Assembly: GCA_002269645.1 (NCBI GenBank)
Contig: NIVC01000132.1
Location: forward strand, 1 to 64,000
DNA length: 64,000 nucleotides
Direction of reading: 5' to 3'
Source of the DNA: Macrostomum lignano
Lineage: Eukaryota
Both the position numbers and the translations under genes were made by a program. This document shows, piece after piece, positions 42,483-53,600 of this stretch; position 1 is the first letter of the stretch, and every line of letters starts with the position of its first letter. The notes under the pieces are model-generated. The model did no database searches. It was not told the DNA's origin and was given only the letters and a program-made list of their open reading frames with translations.

Positions 42483-44550
42483 ATGTCTAACAAGTCAGGT
42501 GAGCTGCATTGAGCGCTGGTTTAAGTTTTTTCAGAGGAACATTAATTGCTGCAATTCGAGGGTCATTGTCAGCCACAAACTTGATCCCGCATCCCAGGGA
42601 TCCCTGTTCCCAAATCCAGATCTTAATTCACTAGGACAGAGTCTTAATACTTAGGTTCCTATTATTTCCCAGATCCCCATTCCCCAGATCCCCATTCCCC
42701 AGATCCCCATTCCCCAGATCCCCATTCCCCAGATCCCCATTCCCCAGATCCCCATTCCCCAGATCCCCATTCCCCAGATCCCCATTCCCCAGATCCCCAT
42801 TCCCCAGATCCCCATTCCCCAGATCCCCATTCCCCAGATCCCCATTCCCCAGATCCCCATTCCCCAGATCCCCATTCCCCAGATCCCCATTCCCCAGATC
42901 CCCATTCCCCAGATCCCCATTCCCCAGATCCCCATTCCCCAGATCCCCATTCCCCAGATCCCCATTCCCCAGATCCCCATTCCCCAGATCCCCATTCCCC
43001 AGGTCCCCATTCCCCAGATCCCCATTCCTCAGATCCCCATATCAAGTCGCTAAGCTACGCAAGGAAAATCCGTACCCGGCAGGCGAAGATTCCTGGAGCG
43101 GCCTCCGCGAGACCGCCTCGGCTCTGAACCGAGTGCACGCTGTGCTGAGCTTGTACTTCAGCCCCCTGGTAGCCGCCTTCGGCTTTGTGGGTTTCGCGCT
43201 GGTGTTCACCGTGCTGTGGCGCAACTGGCGCCAGATCAAGGGCAAGGACTTCGTGCTGTTCGCCATCACGGCCTGCGATACTCTGGTTGTGCTGGTCCGG
43301 TGAGGGCGGCGACCTGCTAATCTCGTTTTAGCGCCGATTAGTCCCATTTTATCTCCAATTAGTCCCATTTTATCTTCAATTAGTCCCATTTTATCGCCAA
43401 TTAGTCCCATTTTATCTCCAATTAGTCCCATTTTATCTCCAATTAGTCCCATTTTATCTCCAATTAGTCCCATTTTATCTCCAATTAGTCCCATTTTATC
43501 TCCAATTAGTCCCATTTTATCGCCAATTAGTCCCATTTTATCTTCAATTAGTCCCATTTTATCACCATTTAGTCCCATTTTATCACAAATTAGTCCCATT
43601 TTATCTTCAATTAGTCCCAAAAAAATTCATGTTTAAATCCAAATTTGTATCCATGCATTCATTGCTGCACCTTGAATTTATAAAAGCTGATCCAATCATT
43701 TTAAAAATAAATTCCAACACTCCTAAGCGTCGTTGGCGACGAGCTTCTAAGCGAGGGCCTGGCCAGCCTGCTGCCCGGCTTCACCGGGCCGCACAAGACC
43801 GACAGAGTGCTGTGCAAAGTGTACGGCCTGTTCTGGACATTCGGTACTTTCAGCTCCACCAACCTGCTTTGCCTGCTGGCTGTGGACCGCGTGCTGGCCC
43901 TGATGACGCCGTTCTACCACCGAGTCCGCATGACCCGCCAGGTGTACCTGACCGTGTTGCTGGCCACTCTGGCCGTCATGCTCGGCGGCTCGGTGCACTC
44001 GGCGTTCATATTCGACGCGTTCACCTACGCCGGTCGGCCGGTCTGCTACTATTCGACCCTGCCCAGCGTGCTGCTGCGCAGCGTCCTGCAGGCGTACACC
44101 AACTTTGTGATCAACGGAGTCTTTGCCAGCCTGCTCATGCTGCTCTGCAACTGCCTGCTGGCTGTCAAGATCTGCCGCATCAAATCCGGCCGCGGCCTCG
44201 CGCCGTCCAGCCAGGAGGCCCGCAGCGCTGTCACGCTGGTTGCTGCCGGCTGCTACTACCTGGCGTGCGCCCTGCCTAGGGCGGTCTGCTTCTTCTCCAT
44301 CACAGTCGTGCAGCTCACCTGGCCAGCTGATGAGCACACAGCCGCGGTGACTGGGATGCTGTTTAGCCTGGCAAATGTGCTCAACTGGCTGTTCTACTGG
44401 CAATGCGGCACCAACTGGCTGCTGTACTTTATCCGCCTGCCGGAGTTTAAGGACATCTTCGCCGGCCGTGGCTGCCTCCGCTGCTGCGGCTCCTTCGGTG
44501 GAGAACTGCGCTTAGATAATGTCGCTGGTGGGAGATCCGATAGGGAATAG
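42483..44550 (+). CDS. Rhodopsin-class GPCR 2 (peptide-receptor-like orphan), 363 aa, 3 coding exons
   Basis: Exons 42483-42498 (MSNKS, phase 1), 43047-43299 (TM1 YFSPLVAAFGFVG, TM2 AITACDT, phase 2) and 43728-44550 (LCKVY..LLAVDRV, TM6 CYYLACALP, TM7 TNWLLYFI). Total 1092 nt, in frame. Confidence 0.88.
42665..43040 (+). repeat. 15-bp minisatellite in GPCR2 intron 1
   Basis: Unit CCCCAGATCCCCATT, ~25 copies. Confidence 0.95.
43338..43619 (+). repeat. 21-bp minisatellite in GPCR2 intron 2
   Basis: Unit ATTAGTCCCATTTTATCTCCA, ~13 copies. Confidence 0.93.
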
Positions 44551-44619
44551 GTGGTTCATCCTCCTCACCGGAAGTGTTTTGAGTAGGCTGGTTTCATTCG
44601 GACCTGGATTTCTTCTTCC

Positions 44620-46925
44620 TCAGATCCCTACTCCTCAGATCCCTATTCCTCAGATCCCTATTCCTCAGATCCCTATTCCTCAGATCCCTATTCCCCAGAT
44701 CCATATTCCCCAGATCCACATTCCTCAGATCCCCAATTCCCCAGATCCATATTCCCCAGATCCACATTCCTCAGATCCCCATTCCTCAGATCCTTATTCC
44801 TCAGATCCCTATTCCTCAGATCCCCATTCCTCAGATCCTTATTCCTCAGATCCCTATTCCTCAGATCCCCATTCCTCAGATCCTTATTCCTCAGATCCCT
44901 ATTCCTCAGATCCCTATTCCCCAGATCCCTATTCCTCAGATCCCTATTCCTCAGATCCCTATTCCTCAGATCCTTATTCCTCAGATCCCTAATCCTCAGA
45001 TCCCTATTCCTTGGATCCCTATTCCTCAGATCCCCATTCCTCAGATCCCCATTCCTCAGATCCATATTCCTCAGATCCATATTCCCAGATCCCCATTCCT
45101 CAGATCCCTATTCCTCAGATCCATATTCTCCAGATCCCCATTCCTCAGATCCCCATTCCTCAGATCCTTATTCCTCAGATCCCTATTCCTCAGATCCTTA
45201 TTCCTCAGATCCCTATTCCTCAGATCCATATTCCTCAGATCCATATTCTCCAGATCCCTATTCCTCAGATCCTTATTCCTCAGATTCCTAATCCTCAGAT
45301 CCCTATTCCTCAGATCCCTATTCCTCAGATCCCTATTCCCCAGATCCATATTCCCCAGATCCACATTCCTCAGATCCCCAATTCCCCAGATCCATATTCC
45401 CCAGATCCCCATTCCCCAGATCCCCATTCCCCAGATCCCCATTCCCCAGATCCCCATTCCCCAGATCCCCATTCCCCAGATCCCCATTCCCCAGATCCCC
45501 ATTCCCCAGATCCCCATTCCCCAGATCCCCATTCCCCAGATCCCCATTCCCCAGATCCCCATTCCCCAGATCCCCATTCCCCAGATCCCCATTCCCCAGA
45601 TCCCCATTCCCCAGATCCCCATTCCCAGATCCCCATTCCCCAGATCCCCATTCCCCAGATCCCCATTCCCCAGATCCCCATTCCCCAGATCCCCATTCCC
45701 CAGATCCCCATTCCCCAGATCCCCATTCCCCAGATCCCATTCCCCAGATCCCCATTCCCCAGATCCCCATTCCCCAGATCCCCATTCCCCAGATCCCCAT
45801 TCCCCAGATCCCCATTCCCCAGATCCCCATTCCCCAGATCCCCATTCCCCAGATCCCCATTCCCCAGATCCCCATTCCCCAGATCCCCATTCCCCAGATC
45901 CCCATTCCCCAGATCCCCATTCCCCAGATCCCCATTCCCCAGATCCCCATTCCCCAGATCCCCATTCCCCAGATCCCCATTCCCCAGATCCCCATTCCCC
46001 AGATCCCCATTCCCCAGATCCCCATTCCCCAGATCCCCATTCCTCAGATCCCCATTCCTCAGATCCCCATTCCCCAGATCCCCATTCCCCAGATCCCCAT
46101 TCCCCAGATCCCCATTCCCCAGATCCCCATTCCCCAGATCCCCATTCCCCAGATCCCCATTCCTCAGATCCCTATTCCTCAGATCCCTAGTCCTCAGATC
46201 CCTATTTTTCTGTGTTTTTTCTGCTGATGCTCTGTTTGATAGGATTCTAAATTCTCACATTTCCCACAGATCCCTGTTCCCCACAGATCCCTGTTCCCCA
46301 CAGATTCCTGTTCCCCACAGATCCCTGTTCCCCACAGATTCCTGTTCCCTACAGATCCCTGTTCCCTACAGATCCCTGTTCCCCACAGATCCCTGTTCCC
46401 TACAGATTCCTGTTCCCCACAGATCCCTGTTCCCCACAGATCCCTGTTCCCCACAGATTCCTGTTCCCCACAGATCCCTGTTCCCTACAGATCCCTGTTC
46501 CCCACAGATCCCTGTTCCCTACAGATCCCTGTTCCCCACAGATCCCTGTTCCCCACAGATCCCTGTTCCCCACAGATCCCTGTTCCTCCCAGATCCCTGT
46601 TCCCTACAGATCCCTGTTCCTCCCAGATCCCTGTTCCCTACAGATCCCTGTTCCTCCCAGATCCCTGTTCCCCACAGATCCCTGTTCCCCACAGATCCCT
46701 GTTCCTCCCAGATCCCTGTTCCCCACAGATCCCTGTTCCCCACAGATCCCTGTTCCTCCCAGATCCCTGTTCCCCACAGATCCCTGTTCCCCACAGATCC
46801 CTGTTCCTCCCAGATCCCTGTTCCCTACAGATCCCTGTTCCTCCCAGATCCCTGTTCCCCACAGATCCCTGTTCCTCCCAGATCCCTGTTCCCCACAGAT
46901 GCCAATTTCCCCACAGATCCCCACA
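44620..46925 (+). repeat. 15-bp array (44620-46205) followed by a related 17-bp array (46262-46925)
   Basis: Units CC(T/C)CAGATCCC(C/T)ATT and CCCACAGATCCCTGTTC. Confidence 0.95.
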
Positions 46926-47699
46926 GTGTTCAGTGACTTCCAGTCACGGGATTCTCAGCCTCATTAGCAGGCAAAGCGATATGATGAGCACTAGATATGG
47001 ACAGAAGCGACCACACTAGTTTAGTTGCAAAGACGCAATGATTTCCTGACAAAAATTAAGTTTACAAAGACTGTCTGAAAGAGTGTTTTTCAAGTACGAG
47101 TCAAATACACGAGCAATCAAAGCAAAATGCAATTCCAACTTATTGAATTTGCAGCACCAGATAAAAAGCCTTTTGCTTTCCTGTTGCTGTCTTCAGTTAC
47201 CTGACAACACCTGCTGAGATAAGTCAGGGCTTGTGCTTTTTTAATTGACTGACCCCAGCAGGTCAACTAGAAGCATTTGCACCCGAGAGTCCCAGTGCAT
47301 ACGGACCTCTATATCAAGCGAAAAATATATATCCTAAAAATATGGAAATAACAAGATATCAAGAGATTAAATCTAACTGGTGGCACTTGGCTGTATGCCA
47401 GGCACAGCAAGTGACATTTTGCTTTGAGTCTTGACCAGTTTTATCGCCAACTGGTATAAGGTGCAAGCGACATTTCTCACCTTAATCAGTGCGTCAGAGG
47501 TGAAAGTCACGTGTCCCACTTAAGGTTAATCAGCACGCCGCTATCTCTGCGCCCACTCTTTTTAAATAAATGTCACCCATAATTTCGCTTGTCTTTAAGC
47601 GGCTGGAAAACATTAAAAAAAGTGTAAATTCGATTTGAGTAGAAAAATACGTGTTTCTCTTGCTCTGTGCTCTTGAAAGTAAAACCATATTTGCAGACA

Positions 47700-50600
47700 A
47701 TGACAGATTTCGTGGTGCACAACAATGGTGAGTTTATCTATTAACTGTCTGGTATTCACCTGCCTACTGTCTGATATTTACCTGCTTACTGTCTGGTATT
47801 TACCTGCCTACTGTCTGGTATTTACCTGCTTACTGTCTGGCATTTACCTGCCTACTGTCTGGTATTCACCTGCCTACTGACTGGTACTTCAAGTATTTAC
47901 CTGCTTACTGTCTGGTATTTACCTGCTCACTGTCTGGTATTTACCTGCTTGCTGTCTGGTATTTACCTGCTTACTGTCTGGTATTTACCTGCTTACTGTC
48001 TGGTATTTACCTGCTTACTGTCTGGTATTTACCTGCTTACTGTCTGATATTTACCTGCCTACTGTCTGGTATTTACCTGCTTACTGTCTGACATTTACCT
48101 GCTTACTGTCTGGTATTTACCTGCCTACTGTCTGGTGTAGCAGCACCAAAGCATTCATCATTTATTCTAATTGATGGGTTTCGACCTTCGGGCTCCTTGT
48201 TAGGGAAGCCTTCGGGCCTCAGGCTCAGAAATAAATCAATTAGAGACCTGGCCCCCCACTCCTGTCAGATGGTCAGCCCCATGGTAGCTTGATCGTGTGG
48301 CGAGCAGTCTAGGTCCTATAGCTAAGAGAGGGACAGCGAGAGACGAGCAGGGAGAATTTTGAAAGTAGAAATTAGCTAATCCGCAGATCAACTAACTTGC
48401 TGCCACCAGCCCGTGCGCCCTGGCTCACCACACCGGGACTCTCGAAATCGGGCTTCCGACTAGAAGGGGCTTTGCACTTACCTGCCAACTAGTGTCTTTT
48501 TGCTGTCAATCTCGAAGTCATAGCCGATGATAAGGGACACTGCTGGGACTAGATCGCATTGGCCATGCAGGTACAGAGGGGACTTGTGCAGGGGATTCTT
48601 GCGGTGGCGAGTCTATGGGGTAGCTACATGTACTATTATATTGCTAAATACGAAGATATGTACTTTTAGCCTTCAACGCGCCAACTAGCCTCTCATAGCG
48701 CTGATGATAGGCTAACTCGAACTTCAGAGACCGCATGATTCATTTACCCGAGCCGCTTGGCTACCCTAGAGTGCACAAAGTACATCTCTGGCGCCGATTC
48801 TGCACTCTTGGCAATTTTGCTCACTGATTTGTTAGATTGGTCGACTGAGAACTGCCTTGCCATTGGTCCACTGTGACCGGCGCCTACTAGCTTAGCTACT
48901 CATCTGAGCCATCGGCGAACAAAGAAATAAAGCCGACAAAGATAACTGTTAGATTTAACCTTCTCCTTAATTCACTTCACACTTTTGATTGAATTGGAGT
49001 CTTAGACTACTGGCAGTATTATTGAATGATTCCTGCCTCAGCAACAGCACTACTGAACAAAATGAGCAAAAGTGTGCGCCTAATTCAGCTACTGCAACAG
49101 GGGACAGAAAAGGGATCACCCAATCAAGCAAGTCTAGGTAGCCTCTCACCCAACCAATCAGAAACTCAACAGCCGGAGACCAGGTATTCCACAGTGACCG
49201 AATCGGCTCGATGCTCTGCAGCTGTAGACTCGGGATGATGCTGTCACAATCTTCGCTGTTAGCTAGCAGGTGATGCTCTTAACTGGATGTTCGCTGCTGT
49301 CGACCGGGGGACTCGTCCTTGATGATGATGGGGGAAGTTGCAATCCGGGGATCAAGAAACGACGGTCGTGCTCCGGGAACCAGAAGTTGCGCGCTGGGCC
49401 CGAGCCAAAGTAAGAAGAAGTTGCGTCCGAGCGGGCCAAAAACTCCGGTTTAAATAGCCGCCAACTGGACCGCAGTTTGTTATAACGGAACACGTCGATT
49501 CTGATTGGCTGAGCCGTTTTGTTAAAATGAGCGCCGAATTTTCTGATTGGCTAAGCTCGTTGCTACCCAGAATCACGTGACCGAGAGATCCTATCAGTTC
49601 CCACAGGGTCGTAAAAAGATGACAGGTGCGGCCATAAATCACTCAAAATCGCAACAAAATGATTTATGACTTTTCGCGTAGGATTGACAGAAATTAATGA
49701 AAAAATATACATTAGAAAGCTCTTATTAAATAGAAAGTGAAGATAATGAAGAGAAATCGCTAATCGCTAATCCCAAGGTACTTTTAGGGGTAAAACGCAT
49801 AGCTGTCAAAGCTGTCACACGCTTGAGTGAATCCGAACAATAGGCTCTGACCTCATAAATCTTGATGGCCTGTCAAAATGATGAGAAAAAAGCTACCGCC
49901 CGCATCCTCTCAGACCATCTGGCGCCCGCTTCAACACTGAGTGAGGCGCAGGTGGCTGTCAGATCAGCTACGAAAGCGATGATTTATGACCCAAAAAGCT
50001 GCGCCTATGTTATTATGACTACTAGTATGGCCAGACATTATATCTAGTATAGATTCTATGAAAATTCGCAGAAAAAGGATAAAAATGCCCACTGCCCACT
50101 GTTAGTAGGCAAGTAAGTTTAGAGCCCATGTGCTAGCGCGGGATTTGGGAAAAAGTGCGTCCTCATCATAATTATTTCCTTTTCTATATTCCAATCGCTT
50201 TAGTTCACCCATAGACACTTCTGTACTATTCGTTCGCCCCAGCGCTAAATAGCCCCCAACGCAATGACAAAATATACTAAATACCTCCCGCTTTTGCTAG
50301 CTATCTTCGAAGTGCCACTTACACTCGTAAGCTTGTAGCGGTAACCTAACGCTACAAATTGGTAGCAGAGCGTGCAATCCCAACACTCGACAACTACGAC
50401 AAATGGAAGACACCCAACGTCAACAACCTCCATCAGACACTCCACCTGCGGCAGCTTCTTCGGAGAACGCCATACCGGAACCGGTAGCGTCGGTACAACG
50501 CGCCACAATTAGACCACCGCCGTTCTACCGTCAAGCACCCGAGATTTGGTTCCGCCAACTCGAATCACAATTTACCCTGGCTGGAATCAGCTCCGCCAGC

Positions 50601-53600
50601 ACCAAATTCCACCACGCACTGGCCGCTCTCCCGGAGGATGTTGCCTGCTACATCGACATAGACATCGTCGAATACAACCGACTCAAAACAGCTGTTCTAG
50701 ACTCACTGCGCGCCAACCGCCACCAGCGTATCGAGGAAGCCCTTGCAGCAGTAGAACTCGGCGACAAACGCCATTCGCAATTGGTAACTGACATTAAGCG
50801 CCGCTTCATCGAAGTGGGTTTAGCAGCCGACGAGTCTATCATCAAGTCACGCCTGCTCACGGCGCTCCCAACGCACATCCGTTCAGCGTTGGTCGGTCAT
50901 GAAAACTCTCCACTAGAAGACTTCGCCAAAATCGCCGACAGCATGTTAGCCGTCGCGGGCAGCCGAACTCCGTTTTTACCCATTCAGCGCACGTCCGAAG
51001 CCAGGGATTCGAGACCGCACGGCGCGTTCAAGCCTAGGCAGGCGTACGAAGGAGATCACCGGCAACAGCGATCCTATCGTAAGAGACCTAAGATCTGTAA
51101 TGGCCATCTATTCTACGCTTCACAAGCCCGTACGTGCCGACCTTGGTGCAAATGGCCCGGTCCCAAACCCACAACGATGCTCAGCAGCCGCCAGACCACA
51201 CCAGATCACTCGCGTGCAAACAGCCCAACTCTAGAAAGTGCTTCAAACTAGTCGGTCACGTGCCCTGGCCGACCCGTGACCAGAGCAAGGCCACCACTTT
51301 GTTACTCCGTTGCAACGTTCTTCGCACCATGGTTTCATTTATTGTTGACACTGGAGCCGAACGGTCACTCCTGCCTCTACAGTACGTCCCTCAAAATCTG
51401 CTTACTCCGACACCCGTGAAGTTGCGCAGCATTGGTGGACACGAGATCCGTACCTTTGGACAATGCTGCCTGACTCTCTCTATTCCGGGGCTCCGGCGAC
51501 CATACCCAGCAACATTCATCGTCACTAATACGGCACCGATTCTCGGAGCGGATTTCTTCGTAAAGTTCGGTTTGATCATCGACCTTAAGTCGAGACGCAT
51601 CACAAACCCAGTAACGGAATTATCCACAGCCCTGAACTGCTCTTCCGATCCAGTTCCACAAATCAACGTGACAACGGAAATGGAACCATCAAACCCGCTC
51701 ACCCAGTTTCCACGCGTACTAGAGGCGCCGGACTACACGACCCCATCCGCAACAGGCGTCCGACATCCGATCGAAACGGAAGGCGAGCCGATCTTCTGCC
51801 GACCACGACCACTGTCACCGGAAAAGTTCACTGTTGCAAAGGAAGAGTTTGACAAGCTGCTTCGACTCGGAATCGTCCGACCATCTTCCAGCCCGTGGGC
51901 ATCGCCCCTTCATATGGTGAGAAAAAAAGACGGATCTTGGCGCCCTTGTGGTGACTATCGAGCTTTGAACGCCGTGACCAAGCCCGATCGGTACCCCATA
52001 CCGAACATTAACCACTTCCACAACCAGATGCATGGGTCGAAAGTATTCAGCACCCTTGACCTCGTCAAGGCCTATCACTTCGTCCCCATGGCTGAAGACG
52101 CGATAGAAAAGACCGCAATCTGCACCCCTTTTGGATCTTTCGAATACCTTCGAATGCCCTTCGGACTGCGCAACGCAGCTAGCACGTTCCAGAGGTTCGT
52201 CGACGCAATCTTTCGAGATTTCCCCTTTGTGGTTTCATACATCGACGACATCCTAGTGCACAGCACTTCTCGACAAGAACACGAGCAACATCTGCAAGCC
52301 ATCCTTCAGCGTCTAACGGACAAAGGTCTGAGGGTTAACGCAGCAAAGTGTCAGTTCTTCCGAGACTCAGTGGAATTTCTGGGATACCTCGTATCAGCCG
52401 AGGGAATCAAGCCACTTCCCACTCGAGTGGAGGCCCTTCGCAAACTGCAGGCCCCGACCGATCAAAAGACGCTCCAGCGCTATCTGGGAATGTTTGGTTT
52501 CTACCAACGTTGCATCCCCGCATACGCCCAAGTAGTACAGCCTCTTCGCCAACTCGTCAGTTCGAGTCAGTTCGTCTGGACGAACCAGCATGACGAAGCT
52601 TGGAAACTGCTTCAAAACAGCCTGGCTGAGGCCGTAACTTTAGCGTTCCCCGAACCTAGCGCAACGCTCACTATCACTACGGACGCAAGCTCAACGGCCT
52701 TAGGCGCAGCCCTACATCAAGTGGTAGACGACAAGTCTGCACCCCTAGCTTTTTACTCGCGCAAACTGTCGGATACCGAGAGAGCCTACAGCACGTTCGA
52801 CAGAGAACTACTGGCTATTTTCGCCGCCGTCAAAACCTGGAAGCACATGGTCCAAGGTCGCCCTGTCACGGTGTTCTGTGACCACAAGCCAATCGTGGGA
52901 GCTTTCAAGAATCGGAAACAGCGTTTCTCTGACCGCCAACAGCGCCAACTTTCAGCGATAACTGAGTACGTTCTCGACATTGTATACATCGCCGGTAAAG
53001 ACAACGTAGTAGCCGACGCACTGTCTCGTCCAGAACCATCCTCAGTTACCCAGACCAACAACGTGCGACTCTTAGAAGATGTCCCAACAGCCGTGGACCT
53101 TCCGGCTATTGCAAGAGCTCAGAAAGATCTAACGCCTGAAGACACTCCGGCCGGCCAGTTCAAGCACTTTGACATCGGAATCCCAGAGTGCCCGCTTCGC
53201 TGCGAGACTTCACAAGCCAACCCACGCCCTGAAGTACCAGGACCGCTTCGCCGAAAAGTGTTTGATTCGCTACACACTTTGGCGCACCCGGGAGTAAAAG
53301 CGACACAGAGGCTTGTCGGATACCGTTTTTTCTGGCCTAATATGTTCGCCGACATCAAGAAGTGGGTCACTGAATGTGAGCGCTGCCAGCAATGCAAAGT
53401 TAGCAAGCATATTCACCGGCCGCTCCACCAGTTACCAGTACCATCGCAACGATTCACGACGGTGCACATCGACCTAGTCGGACCATTGACGCCGCCCGAA
53501 TCCGACGCGGTTGGACCAAAACCCCGATACCTGCTGACCATGGTGGATTCATACACACGCTGGATCGAGGCTACTCCCGTCATGGACACCACGGCTGAGA

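Noticed and set aside
43042-43620. 192-aa minus-strand ORF, and other antisense ORFs over SF3A3, the GPCRs, pol and Dab
   Set aside because: Antisense shadows of GC-rich exons plus a 21-bp repeat.
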